A stretch of 64,000 nucleotides of DNA from Candidatus Multivorans sp. (GTDB lineage Bacteria > Acidobacteriota > Thermoanaerobaculia > Multivoradales > Multivoraceae). The notes below the pieces were generated by a model, which saw nothing but the letters and a program-made list of their open reading frames with translations, was not told the DNA's origin and did no database searches. How positions within the stretch are numbered: the stretch's first letter is position 1; every line of letters begins with the position of its first letter. Positions 54,672 through 64,000 of this stretch are shown piece after piece. Location of the stretch: the NCBI GenBank assembly GCA_965224025.1, contig OZ245033.1:3200001-3264000 (forward strand), in the 5' to 3' direction. The translations under genes were made by a program, and so were the position numbers.

Positions 54672-55567
54672 GAAGCATGACCGGGATCGGAGAGGCGGCC
54701 GAACAGAGCGGTACGCACCGCGTGACCGTCACGGCCCGGTCCGTCAACCACCGCTTTCTCGACTTCGCCGTGCGTCTGCGGGCGCCCTACCGGGTTCTGG
54801 AGCCGGAGTTGCGTGCGGTGGTCGCGGCGGAGATCCGGCGCGGCCGTGTCGAGCTCGGCGTCGAGATCGACACGGCGACTGGCGCCGCAACCGTCGAGGC
54901 GTGCGACGAGACGGCGGATGCTCTGCAGCGGGTCGCCCGGCGCTGGCGGCGCCGGGGCCTCGTGGCGTCGGAGCTGAGTGCCGGCGAGTTGATGTCGGCC
55001 GCGCGCGTGTCGCGACCGGAAGGCGGGCCGTCCGTCATGGGAGCGGAGGAGATGGCGCTCGCGGTGCGGGTCTGCCGGCGCGCGGTGGCGGCTCTCGCGG
55101 CCGAGCGGGAACGGGAGGGACAGGCCCTGGAGGACGCTCTTCGGGGCCATCTCCGCGAGTTGCGTGGAAGGGTGGAAGCCCTTGCCGCGCGCCGCGAAGA
55201 GGTGGTGGATCAGGCCCTGAACGAGTTGCAGGGGCGGGTGCGCGGCCTGCTTCAGCGTCGGGAAGCGGCGGACGCGGCGGACGCCGGACTCGACCCGGCG
55301 CGCGTGGTTCAGGAGGTCGCCCTGCTGATCGAGCGCAGCGACACGGTCGAGGAACTGGAGCGGCTGAGCGGCCACCTGGAGGGCTTTGCGGCGGCGATGG
55401 CCGAAGAAGGCGCGGTGGGGCGGCGGCTCGACTTCCTGACCCAGGAGATCCTGCGCGAGCTGAACACGGTCGGGTCGAAGTGCCGCGACCTGGCGATGCA
55501 GCGCGCGGTCGTCGAGGGTAAGGTGCTGTGCGAGCAGTTGCGCGAGCAGGTGCAGAACATCGAATGA
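54668..55567 (+). CDS. yicC: YicC/YloC family endoribonuclease
   Basis: RSMTG, SVNHRFLD, GRRLDF..QEILRELNT..SK, REQVQNIE. Confidence 0.9.
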   Translation: MRSMTGIGEAAEQSGTHRVTVTARSVNHRFLDFAVRLRAPYRVLEPELRAVVAAEIRRGRVELGVEIDTATGAATVEACDETADALQRVARRWRRRGLVASELSAGELMSAARVSRPEGGPSVMGAEEMALAVRVCRRAVAALAAEREREGQALEDALRGHLRELRGRVEALAARREEVVDQALNELQGRVRGLLQRREAADAADAGLDPARVVQEVALLIERSDTVEELERLSGHLEGFAAAMAEEGAVGRRLDFLTQEILRELNTVGSKCRDLAMQRAVVEGKVLCEQLREQVQNIE

Positions 55568-56226
55568 CCGCGGGCACGGCAAGAGGGGAGCTGTTCATAC
55601 TCTCGGCGCCGTCCGGCGCCGGGAAGACCACGCTCGTGCATCGGGCGATGGAACTCGTCGCCGGGGTCGAGTTCTCGATCAGCCACACCACCCGCCTTCC
55701 CCGTGAGAACGAGAGGACCGGCGTCGACTACCACTTCGTGGAGCGGGACGCGTTCGCGTCCATGGTGGCGGAGAACCGGTTCCTGGAGTGGGCGGTGGTC
55801 CACGGCAACCGTTACGGGACATCCGTCGACGAGGTCCTGCCCCGGATCGAGAGGGGAGTGGATGTCCTGCTGGACATCGACGTGCAGGGCGCGGCCCAGG
55901 TGATGGCCAACGGGGGCGCGGCGGGCCGGTTGGGTACCGCGGTCCACAGCATCTTCGTCATGCCGCCGAGCCCCCAGGCGCTGGTGGCGCGCCTCCGGGG
56001 ACGCGATCTGGACGAGGCGCCGGCGATCCGGCAGCGGCTCCAGGGTGCGCTGGGCGAACTGGGCCGCGTGCTGGACTACGACTATGTTATTGTCAACGAC
56101 CGCGCCGAGGCGGCCAGCGAGACCTTGGCCGCCATCATGCTCGAGAAACGACAGCGAAGGGAGCGGATGCGGGAGCGCGTACGCGGCGTTCTTGCGGATT
56201 TTGATGCATATGGCCCGTTTTCCTGA
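55564..56226 (+). CDS. gmk: Guanylate kinase
   Basis: SAPSGAGKTT, SHTTR.PR, GVDYHF, DIDVQGA. Confidence 0.95.
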   Translation: MTAGTARGELFILSAPSGAGKTTLVHRAMELVAGVEFSISHTTRLPRENERTGVDYHFVERDAFASMVAENRFLEWAVVHGNRYGTSVDEVLPRIERGVDVLLDIDVQGAAQVMANGGAAGRLGTAVHSIFVMPPSPQALVARLRGRDLDEAPAIRQRLQGALGELGRVLDYDYVIVNDRAEAASETLAAIMLEKRQRRERMRERVRGVLADFDAYGPFS

Positions 56227-56476
56227 GAAAGTGGATAGCAAGTTCCGTTTCGTCCTTCTGGCCGCGCGCCGAGCCGAGCAGTTGATTCGCGGCGCCCAGG
56301 AACGCATGCCCCGGGAGAGCCCGAAGTTCGCCCGGCATGCGATGAGCGAGATGCAGCACGACATGGTCGAGTGGGACTACGGCGAGGCGCCCGAGTCTCC
56401 TGAGTCGGTCAGCGCCGAGGACGGAAGCCCGCAGCCCGGGGGCGATGCCTTCGGGCGGCGCAGCACAGTCAACTAG
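56210..56476 (+). CDS. rpoZ: RNA polymerase omega subunit
   Basis: DSKFRFVLLAARRAEQL; between gmk and coaBC. Confidence 0.88.
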   Translation: MARFPEKVDSKFRFVLLAARRAEQLIRGAQERMPRESPKFARHAMSEMQHDMVEWDYGEAPESPESVSAEDGSPQPGGDAFGRRSTVN

Positions 56477-56497
56477 GGGTCTGCCGGAGGTCACGGT

Positions 56498-57748
56498 GTG
56501 CCCGACGCGCCTGCACGGGCTGCCCGAGTCCTTCTCGGCATAAGCGGCGGGATCGCCGCCTACAAAGGCGCTTACCTGGTCCGCCGGCTTCGCGAGCGGG
56601 GGGTCGCCGTACGCTGCGCGCCGACGCTGGCGGCGGAGAGCTTCGTGTCGCCGCTCACACTCGAGGTGCTGAGCGGCGAACGGGTCTACGGCCAGAGCTA
56701 CCTGTCGCGCGACGGCGGTGTGGATGGCGCCGAGCTCCACGTCGAGGCGGCGCAGTGGGCCGATCTGCTCTGCGTCGCGCCGGCGACCGCGAACACGCTG
56801 GCCCGCCTGTCCCTCGGTCTCGCGGACGACTTCCTGAGCACCACCGCTCTGATGTTCGAGGGACCGGTGGTGGTGGCGCCCGCGATGCACGACGCGATGT
56901 GGCGCAAGCCCCAGGTCGGCGCCCAGGTCAAGGCGCTGAGCGGCCGCGGCGCCCTGATCGTGGGGCCGGTCGAGGGCGCCCTGGCTTCGGGCGAGCGGGG
57001 TTGGGGCCGCATGGCCGAACCGGAGGCGATCGTGGACGCCGTGTGCCGGAAGTTGGCTCTGCCGGAAACCGGGGCCGCTTCGCCTGTGGGTCCACTGGCC
57101 GGTTGGCGAGTCGTCGTCACGGCCGGCCCGACCTACGAGGCGATCGATCCCGTTCGTTTCCTCGGCAACCGGTCGAGCGGGCGCATGGGCTTCGCCCTGG
57201 CGCGACAGGCGGCGTTCCGGGGCGCGGCGGTCACTCTCGTCGCCGGACCCGTGAACCAGGAGACTCCCGAGGGCGTGCAGCGGATCGATGTCGTCTCCGC
57301 GGTCGAGATGCAGGCGGCGCTCGGGGAGACGGCGCCGGCGGCCGACCTGGTCGTGATGGCCGCCGCGGTGGCCGACTACCGGCCGCGCGAGCGCGCCGGC
57401 CAGAAACTCAAGAAGTCCGGCGCCGACGGTCTGGTGCTCGAAATGGAGCAGAACCCCGACCTCCTCGCCGGTCTGGCGTCGGTGGCGCCCGCGGCGATGC
57501 GCGTTGGTTTTGCGGCCGAGACCGAGCGCCTCGAGGACTCGGCGCGGAGCAAGCTGAAGGCCAAGCAGGCGCACTGGATCGTCGCCAACGACGTGTCGCG
57601 GCCGGACATCGGCTTCGAGGCGGCGGACAACGAGGTGGTCGTCTTCGGCCGGGGCGGCGGCCCCGTCCGCTTCCCGAAGCAGTCGAAGGACGAACTGGCG
57701 GGCCGTCTGCTGGAGTTGTTTGCCGGCGACAGGGCCGCTTCGGGCTAA
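56498..57748 (+). CDS. coaBC: Phosphopantothenoylcysteine decarboxylase/ligase
   Basis: GGIAAYK, APATAN, TAGPT.E.IDPVRF..NRSSG.MG, GFAAET. Confidence 0.95.
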   Translation: MPDAPARAARVLLGISGGIAAYKGAYLVRRLRERGVAVRCAPTLAAESFVSPLTLEVLSGERVYGQSYLSRDGGVDGAELHVEAAQWADLLCVAPATANTLARLSLGLADDFLSTTALMFEGPVVVAPAMHDAMWRKPQVGAQVKALSGRGALIVGPVEGALASGERGWGRMAEPEAIVDAVCRKLALPETGAASPVGPLAGWRVVVTAGPTYEAIDPVRFLGNRSSGRMGFALARQAAFRGAAVTLVAGPVNQETPEGVQRIDVVSAVEMQAALGETAPAADLVVMAAAVADYRPRERAGQKLKKSGADGLVLEMEQNPDLLAGLASVAPAAMRVGFAAETERLEDSARSKLKAKQAHWIVANDVSRPDIGFEAADNEVVVFGRGGGPVRFPKQSKDELAGRLLELFAGDRAASG

Positions 57749-57754
57749 GGGCTC

Positions 57755-58450
57755 GTGACGCGGCCTTCGCCACGGGCTGCCGGACTCTCCGCGAGTCAGG
57801 AACTCGGTCTGCTGCGAGACCTCGGTTTCGAGGACGCCTATCCGCCGCGGGCGGCGGAAGCCGTCCAGGAAGGCGCGGGAGACCGCTCCGAGCGTCTACG
57901 GACGGTGGCGGAAGAGGCTCGGGGCTGTACCGCGTGCCGGCTCTGCGAGCAGCGCAAGACGGTCGTGTTCGGTGACGGTCATGCTGACGCCGGCCTGATG
58001 TTCGTCGGCGAGGGTCCCGGCTACAACGAGGATCAACAGGGCCTGCCCTTCGTGGGGCGGGCGGGACAACTGCTGGACCGCATCATCGCGGCGATTGGCC
58101 TGAGCCGTCAGGAGGTCTACATCACGAACGTGGTCAAGTGCCGGCCGCCGAACAACCGCAATCCGCAGCCGGACGAAATCGCCGCCTGCCGTTCGTTCCT
58201 CGACCGGCAGATCGAACTCGTGGCCCCGGGTGTGATCGTCGCCCTCGGCGGAGTCGCGGCCCAACAGCTCCTGCAGACGAAGGACTCCGTGGGCCGCATG
58301 CGGGGCCGTTGGCACGACGTGCGGGGTGTACCGGTTCGGGTGACCTACCATCCGGCCTTCCTGCTAAGGGATCCGTCGTACAAGCGGGCCGCCTGGGAAG
58401 ACATGCAGCTCGTCCGCGATCGTCTGTTGGAGGCTGGCGGACATGGCTAG
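57755..58450 (+). CDS. Uracil-DNA glycosylase family 4
   Basis: CTACRL, GEGPG..ED, PFVG.AG, NVVKCRPP, YHPA. Confidence 0.92.
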   Translation: MTRPSPRAAGLSASQELGLLRDLGFEDAYPPRAAEAVQEGAGDRSERLRTVAEEARGCTACRLCEQRKTVVFGDGHADAGLMFVGEGPGYNEDQQGLPFVGRAGQLLDRIIAAIGLSRQEVYITNVVKCRPPNNRNPQPDEIAACRSFLDRQIELVAPGVIVALGGVAAQQLLQTKDSVGRMRGRWHDVRGVPVRVTYHPAFLLRDPSYKRAAWEDMQLVRDRLLEAGGHG

Positions 58451-58540
58451 GAGTGTCCGCAGCGTTGTCGCTGCGCTGTCGCGCAGGGAACAGGCAGCGA
58501 GTAGCCAACGTTACAGCGGCGTCGTGGGTTCATAGAGTTG

Positions 58541-58700
58541 GCCGCGCTGGGCAGCGAGGCCGCGCAGGCACTGGTGTGTTGGCGCCCGACTAGGAGTTTG
58601 GCCCGGACCGTGATCGGCGCTCTGACGCTGGCGGCGCGGCTTGTGTCGCGACCCCGTATGCAAGATTGAGCTTTTCGCCGCGGTCTCTGCCCAGCGCGAC
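58541..58700 (+). ncRNA. Candidate IS110 bridge RNA
   Basis: Closing stem gcgctgggcag/ctgcccagcgc; internal matches to left flank (ctaggagt), right flank (cggac) and right end (atgcaag). Confidence 0.6.
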
Positions 58701-58731
58701 GATTGGATTCCACATCTACGGGAGGCAGGGG

Positions 58732-60051
58732 ATGGCAAAGCGGAAGGCGGAGCGTCTGGAAGTCGTTCACCCGGATTGCGCCGGTGTGGACGTAGGCAAG
58801 CGCAAGCACTACGTGGCGGTGGCCCCGTCGCGTTTCGAGCGGCCGGTGCGCAATTTCTCGTCGTTCACGGAGGACCTCGAGGCGATGGCCTCGTGGCTTC
58901 AGGAGTGCGGCGTGCGTGAGGTGGCGCTGGAGTCGACGGGGGTGTACTGGATTCCGGTGTTCGAGGTGCTGGACCGGGCGGGGTTCGAGGTGCATCTGGT
59001 GAATCCTCGGGCGACCAAGCAGGTGAGTGGCCGCAAGAGTGACGTTCTGGACTGCCAGTGGATCCGGCAGTTGATGAGCTACGGGCTCCTGCGCGGTGCG
59101 TTTCGCGCGCCGGACGAGTTGTGTCCGCTGCGTTCGTACACGCGGCAGCGCGCCCAGTTGGTCCGCGACCGCAGCCGCGCGGTGCAGCACATCCAGAAGG
59201 CTCTGGTGCAGATGAACGTGCAGTTGGACAACGTGCTGAGCGACATCATGGGCAAGACCGGCCAGTTGATCGTGCGCGCGATCGTCGCCGGCGAGCGCGA
59301 CGGCGCGGCGCTGGCCCGTCACCGGGACGGTCGCTGCAAGGCTGGTCCGGCTGTGATCGCGGCGAGTTTGCAAGGCAACTGGCGAGACGAGCACCTGTTC
59401 GCTCTGGGCCAGGCGCTGGCCCGCTACGACATGCTGCAAGGCCAGATCGAGATGTGCGAGAAGCGCATCGACGCCGAGCTCGACGGTCTGGCCCAAGACG
59501 GCGTCGAGGACGCGCCGCCGCCCGGTTCGAAGGCGCGCGAGCGCGCCCTGCGGAAGCGGCTGCATCGCATGCTCGGCGTGGACCTGGTCGCCATTCCGAC
59601 GGTCGGCGTCGAAACCGCGCTGACCTTCGCCGCTGAGATCGGCCCGGACCTGTCCCGGTTTCCCTCGCAGGGCAACTTCTGCTCGTGGCTGTGTCTGGCT
59701 CCACCGACCAACATCAGCGGCGACAAACGGCTGAACGGCCCTCCCGTGAAGCAGACCAACCGGGTCGGCCAGGCGCTGCGCCAAGCCGCCACCACAGCCC
59801 GCAACAGCAAGACCGCCATCGGAGCCTCTCACCGCCGGCGTCTCCAGCACATGGAGAAGGCGAAGGCCATCAAGGCCACCGCTCATCAACTCGGCCGACT
59901 GATCTACGCCATGCTGACCCACGGCGAAGAGTACGTCGAGCGCGACCTCGCCGAAATGGAGGCCGTCCGACGCGAACGACAAATCAGAAACCTGCAGCGT
60001 CAGGCCCGCCGCCTGAATCTGGCTCTCGTGCCGACCGAACATGCCGCCTGA
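58732..60051 (+). CDS. IS110 family transposase/recombinase
   Basis: DEDD motifs GVDVGK, LESTGVYW, KSDVLD; C-terminal NISG; GGAGG RBS. Confidence 0.95.
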   Translation: MAKRKAERLEVVHPDCAGVDVGKRKHYVAVAPSRFERPVRNFSSFTEDLEAMASWLQECGVREVALESTGVYWIPVFEVLDRAGFEVHLVNPRATKQVSGRKSDVLDCQWIRQLMSYGLLRGAFRAPDELCPLRSYTRQRAQLVRDRSRAVQHIQKALVQMNVQLDNVLSDIMGKTGQLIVRAIVAGERDGAALARHRDGRCKAGPAVIAASLQGNWRDEHLFALGQALARYDMLQGQIEMCEKRIDAELDGLAQDGVEDAPPPGSKARERALRKRLHRMLGVDLVAIPTVGVETALTFAAEIGPDLSRFPSQGNFCSWLCLAPPTNISGDKRLNGPPVKQTNRVGQALRQAATTARNSKTAIGASHRRRLQHMEKAKAIKATAHQLGRLIYAMLTHGEEYVERDLAEMEAVRRERQIRNLQRQARRLNLALVPTEHAA

Positions 60052-60135
60052 ATCGCGCAACCTGCGCTGCCAACAAGGAACCCCTACCCGTTTGTTCCAT
60101 GCAAGTCCGCGCGGCAGGTTGCGGGTCTTGGCCCC

Positions 60136-61176
60136 TTGAGCGGCGCCGGCGTCCCTCCGGTGGGTCTTCCGGAGAAGGTCTGCGAGGATGTGAGCGAGGC
60201 GATCGGCGGCACGCCCATGGTGCGTCTCCGCCGTTCGCTGGGCTCGGCCCGGAGCGGGACCTGTGTCTGCGCGAAGCTCGAGTACCTGAACCCGATGGGC
60301 AGCGTGAAGGACCGCGTGGCGCGGTACCTCGTGGACCGTGCGCTCGCCTCGGGAACGCTCTCGCCGGGAGGCGTGGTGATCGAGGCTTCGTCCGGCAACA
60401 CGGCAATGGGGCTGGCGATGATGGCGACGAACCGGGGCCTGCGCTGCCGCGCCGTGGTCCGCCGCCAGACCAGCCGGGAGAAGCTCGACTGCCTGCGCGC
60501 CCTGGGCGTCGAGCTGATCCTCGTGGACGGCGATCTGCCGCCTGAGCACCCGGAGTCGTACAACCGGAAGGCGCGGTGCCTGGCGGCCGCCCATCCCGAC
60601 GCCTTCTTCCCCGACCAGCACAACAACCGCGACAACAACCGCTGCCACTACGAGACGACCGCCCCGGAGATCTGGCGGCAGATGGAAGGGCGGATCGATG
60701 TCTTCGTCGGCGGCATCGGCACCGGCGGCACCGTCTCCGGCGTGGGCCGGTACCTGAAGGAGCAGGATCCGAGGATTCTGGTGGTCGCGGTGGACGTCGA
60801 AGGCTCGGTGTTCAGCCGCCACTTCGCGGCGCTGTCGGGGGCGGAGGACGACTCGGCGGCCCCCGGCCGCTACCTGCTCGAAGGACTCGGCGACGAGGAG
60901 ATCATCGACTGCCCGGAATTCGATGTCTTCGACCGGATGCTCCAGGTGAGCGACGCGGAGGCGTTCCTGGCCGCCCGGGAACTCGCGCGGGAGGAGGCGA
61001 TGCTGGTCGGCGGCTCGAGCGGCGCGGCGCTCTGGGGAGTGCGAGAGATCCTTCCCGAGCTGAACCCGGCGGCGCGGGTGGTCACCCTGTTTCCCGATTC
61101 GGGCACCCGCTACCTGAGCACGATCTACAACGACGACTGGCTACGCCAGCAGGGCCTGCCGGCGGCGCGCAGCTAG
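60136..61176 (+). CDS. Cysteine synthase/cystathionine beta-synthase family PLP enzyme
   Basis: IGGTPMVRL, NPMGSVKDR, SSGNT, GIGTGGT, GGSSG, PDSG.RY. Confidence 0.9.
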   Translation: MSGAGVPPVGLPEKVCEDVSEAIGGTPMVRLRRSLGSARSGTCVCAKLEYLNPMGSVKDRVARYLVDRALASGTLSPGGVVIEASSGNTAMGLAMMATNRGLRCRAVVRRQTSREKLDCLRALGVELILVDGDLPPEHPESYNRKARCLAAAHPDAFFPDQHNNRDNNRCHYETTAPEIWRQMEGRIDVFVGGIGTGGTVSGVGRYLKEQDPRILVVAVDVEGSVFSRHFAALSGAEDDSAAPGRYLLEGLGDEEIIDCPEFDVFDRMLQVSDAEAFLAARELAREEAMLVGGSSGAALWGVREILPELNPAARVVTLFPDSGTRYLSTIYNDDWLRQQGLPAARS

Positions 61177-61210
61177 GCGGAGGCAGCACCCGCCGGTCCA
61201 GGCGGTGCCC

Positions 61211-61951
61211 TCAGCCGGCGAAGATCAGGTCGTAGCCGATCGCCATGATGGCGAGGTCGAAGCAGACGTGGCTGATCCAGGGCGCCAGGAGCCGGTTGCC
61301 CGTGGCGCGGTACAGCAGGGAACAGAGGACGCCGCCGACGACGACGGGCACCGCCATGAGGAGCACCACCAGAACCGGCGCGTCGCCCACGTAGACGCCG
61401 ATCACGACGACGTGGTGGGCAGCGAAGCCGAGGGCCGCTATGACGAGGGACCACTCCGAGCGCATGAGCCGCTGGAGCCAGCGGTAGACGAAGGCCCGCC
61501 AGTAGACCTCCTCGAGCCAGGAGTGCAGGAAGCTGATGAGGAGCGCGGCGAGGACATAGCGCCAGAGCGTGTCCAGGTGGAAGTCGGCGAGCTTGACGGC
61601 GATCGCTTGGGAAGCCGTAGCCGCCATGTCGCCGCCTCGAAAGAGGGCCACGTAGGCAATCCACGTGAAAGCGGCGCCGGCGATTCCGGTGCCGAGGCCC
61701 AGCGCCAGGGATCGGCCCGGGCGTGACGGCCCGGCTGCCGCCGCGAGCAGTGCGCCGAGGGCTGCCACCGGGCCCGCGAATTGGAGCACCTTGGCGCCGA
61801 GGTAGGCCGGGGCGACCCAGCCGGTGCCTTCGAGCCAGACGAAGTAGGCGAGCGAGGCGACGGTCGGCAGGGTCATGGCGGCGACCAGGACGGTCCACAA
61901 GACCTTCCGGCTTCGTGGGCCGAAGGCGACCTCTTCGCGGACACCCCTCAC
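61211..61951 (-). CDS. CPBP (CAAX/Abi) intramembrane metalloprotease
   Basis: LEEVYWR, FAAHH, SHVCFD; multiple TM helices. Confidence 0.85.
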   Translation of the reverse strand: MRGVREEVAFGPRSRKVLWTVLVAAMTLPTVASLAYFVWLEGTGWVAPAYLGAKVLQFAGPVAALGALLAAAAGPSRPGRSLALGLGTGIAGAAFTWIAYVALFRGGDMAATASQAIAVKLADFHLDTLWRYVLAALLISFLHSWLEEVYWRAFVYRWLQRLMRSEWSLVIAALGFAAHHVVVIGVYVGDAPVLVVLLMAVPVVVGGVLCSLLYRATGNRLLAPWISHVCFDLAIMAIGYDLIFAG

Positions 61952-63276
61952 CGGCGGCGGCGCTCTCCCCGCGATAGAGCTTCCAGGTAGGCGTTCCGAT
62001 AGGCGCCGGCGACGATGTCCCAGGTCAGATGCGAAACGGCCCTGGCGCGGGCGCGGGCGCCCATCCGCCGCCGGCGCTCCGGATTGCGTAGGAGACTGGC
62101 GATCGCGTCCCTGAGGGCGGGGCGGTCCTGTTCCGGGACCAGCAGTCCCTCGACGCCGGACTCGATCGCGAGCGGAATTCCCGAGATGGCGGTGGAAATC
62201 ACGGGCAGGCCGCTTGCCAGGGCCTCCAGGATCACGTTGGGCAGGCCGTCGACATTGCCCTGCGGGTCGTGGACCGCGGGCAGGACGAAGAGGTCGGCGC
62301 TGCGGTAGAGGCCAGGCAGATCGTCGTGGGCGACCAGACCGGGAAAGTGGATCCGCGCCGTGTACTCCGGCGCCCAGGCCGCCACCGCGGCCAGGAGTTC
62401 GGGCATCTGGTCGCCGCCGCCGGCGATGACGGCGTGCAGGTCGTCGAACTCGGCCAGGAGCCGCGGGAGCACGTCGACCAGGACGTGAAATCCCTTCTTC
62501 GTCGCCAACCGTCCGACGCCGAGCAGCACCGTGGCGTGGTCGGGGATGCCGAGCCGTTCACGCCACCGTTCGCGGCTCGGCGGGTCCGCGGCCTCGGCGG
62601 CGGGACAGAAGAGGTCGACGTCGACGCCGTAGGGGATGACCCGGTGCGGCTTGCCGCGGTAGCCCAGCTTCAGGACGCGCTCTACAAGTTCCGGCGAGCA
62701 GCCGGTCAGGAGTTGGCAGCGCTTCAGGACGCGCCGGATCGCGGGACGCGCCGCGGCCTTCTCGGCCAGGAAGACGTCGCTGCCGTGCAGGCCCGCGGCA
62801 ATCAGGGCGTTCCGCCCGTGGACGCCCGGCCACAGCGCCACCAGTCCGTTGGGGGCGAGCCAGTGCGCGTGGAGCAGGTCGTAGGGGTCGCGCGCGAGAT
62901 GGCGGGCGACCGCGGCGGCGGCGGCGCGCAGGTAGAGCGGCGCCGCCAGACCGGCGCCAGGCCGGATGCGCTCGTCGGCGGCCAGACTGCGTCCATAGCC
63001 GAGCACCTCAAGCTGTCGCGGCGCGTAGGCGAAGGTGCGGACCTCGACGCCGTCGTCGACCCACGCGGGACGCACGCCCTCCGCGCGGGGCGCCAGCACC
63101 GTGACGCGGTCGCCGCCGCGGACCAGGCCCCGGGCCAGTTCGCGGATGAAGGGTCCGGCCGTATCGCCCGGCCAGCGGGGGTAGGTCTGGGTGAGGAACA
63201 GGATCCGCAGAGCCGCCGCCGGGGCGCCGGTTCGCCCGCCCCGTTCCGCTGCCGAGGTCAGGTTCTCTTCAGGCAA
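61948..63276 (-). CDS. GT4 glycosyltransferase
   Basis: LLHAHW, HGSD, VGRLATKKG, DGLPNVILEALASG. Confidence 0.9.
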   Translation of the reverse strand: MPEENLTSAAERGGRTGAPAAALRILFLTQTYPRWPGDTAGPFIRELARGLVRGGDRVTVLAPRAEGVRPAWVDDGVEVRTFAYAPRQLEVLGYGRSLAADERIRPGAGLAAPLYLRAAAAAVARHLARDPYDLLHAHWLAPNGLVALWPGVHGRNALIAAGLHGSDVFLAEKAAARPAIRRVLKRCQLLTGCSPELVERVLKLGYRGKPHRVIPYGVDVDLFCPAAEAADPPSRERWRERLGIPDHATVLLGVGRLATKKGFHVLVDVLPRLLAEFDDLHAVIAGGGDQMPELLAAVAAWAPEYTARIHFPGLVAHDDLPGLYRSADLFVLPAVHDPQGNVDGLPNVILEALASGLPVISTAISGIPLAIESGVEGLLVPEQDRPALRDAIASLLRNPERRRRMGARARARAVSHLTWDIVAGAYRNAYLEALSRGERRRR

Positions 63277-63283
63277 GTCGCCC

Positions 63284-64000
63284 TCAGCCGACCCGCTCGC
63301 GTACGGAGTAGCTGTCGTGCCGGCGGAAGTTCTTGAAGGTGATCAGCTCGCCGATCAGGCCGGTGGTGACGATCTGAATGCCGAGCACCATGAGCAGGAC
63401 GCCAAGCAGCAGCAGGGGCCGGTTCGAGAGGGACGCGCCCGCGAACCAGAGCGCGGCCAGATAGGAGCAGACGCCAAGACCCGCCGCGAAGCTGATCAGA
63501 CCGACCGGCCCGAAGAGATGCAGCGGCCGGCGGGTGAAGCGGCTGATGAAGAGCACCGTGATCAGGTCGACCGGGCCCTTGTAGGACCGATCCCAACCGT
63601 ACCGGCTGCGGCCGACGCGGCGCGGATGGTGGGCGACCGGAATCTCGCCGATGACGAAGCCGCGGCGGCTGGCGAGAACCGGGATGTACCGATGGAGTTC
63701 GCCGTAGACGGCCACCTGCTCCAGGACCTCCCGACGATATGCCTTGAAACCCGAGTTGAAGTCGTGCAGCTTGACGTTGGAGAGCGTGCGCGTCACCCAG
63801 TTGAAGACCTTCGAAGCCATGCGGCGCCGCAGCGGGTCGCGGCGGGTTCGCTTCCAGCCGCTGACCAGGTCGAGGGGTCCCTCCTCGAGGGCCTGCAGGA
63901 GGCGGGGAATCTCGTCCGGATCGTCCTGCAGGTCGCCGTCCATCGTGACCAGAATGCGGCCGCGGGCGTAGTCCACCCCTGCCGAGAGCGCCGCCGCCTT
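63284..64000 (-). CDS. GT2 glycosyltransferase (ArnC/DPM-synthase-like), 5' end outside window
   Basis: TMDGDLQDDP, SGWK, HDFNSGFKAYR, GELHRYIP; two C-terminal TMs. Confidence 0.9.
   Translation of the reverse strand, partial: KAAALSAGVDYARGRILVTMDGDLQDDPDEIPRLLQALEEGPLDLVSGWKRTRRDPLRRRMASKVFNWVTRTLSNVKLHDFNSGFKAYRREVLEQVAVYGELHRYIPVLASRRGFVIGEIPVAHHPRRVGRSRYGWDRSYKGPVDLITVLFISRFTRRPLHLFGPVGLISFAAGLGVCSYLAALWFAGASLSNRPLLLLGVLLMVLGIQIVTTGLIGELITFKNFRRHDSYSVRERVG

Larger units (their letters stand above)
58452..60105 (+). mobile_element. IS110-family insertion sequence
   Basis: Transposase plus ~280-nt structured left end and ~54-nt right end; AG(T) shared at both inferred junctions; no terminal IRs. 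Boundaries inferred. Confidence 0.75.

Noticed and set aside
61211-61951. CPBP/Abi protein as an anti-phage system
   Set aside because: Family name is historical; context is a glycosyltransferase operon with no defence genes

Overview
High-GC (visually ~70%) bacterial chromosome segment. Gene order (rpsA-ihfB-lpxB-yicC-gmk-rpoZ-coaBC-UDG, M23-secA) suggests Acidobacteriota, and the cadherin/Fn3 cargo suggests a host-associated, possibly sponge-symbiont, lineage; both are inference. 1-17.4 kb: catabolic genes (LLM oxidoreductase, Ubl-kinase fusion, acyl-CoA dehydrogenases, hydrolases, CoA ligase) with one intact and two decayed Phd/VapC toxin-antitoxin modules and two half-genes. 17.5-23.3 kb: rimO-ribF-trxA-M24 peptidase-guaB. 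23.9-33.1 kb: lower-GC island with a small secreted protein followed by a ~2870-codon cadherin/Fn3-kexin-like protease frame that carries a G11 tract and one in-frame TAG. 33.2-38.8 kb: secA, M23 peptidase, comM. 39.0-40.5 kb: relic of an integrase/terminase phage-like element. 41-47.8 kb: acyltransferase and glycosyltransferase cluster with a duplicated small-protein+GT4 module and a REP-like palindrome inside a CDS. 47.8-58.4 kb: housekeeping genes. 58.45-60.1 kb: IS110 element whose left end carries guide-like matches to its own junctions (candidate bridge RNA). The window ends with a cysteine-synthase-family gene, a CPBP protease and two glycosyltransferases. All family calls come from motif recognition by eye; no database searches were run.
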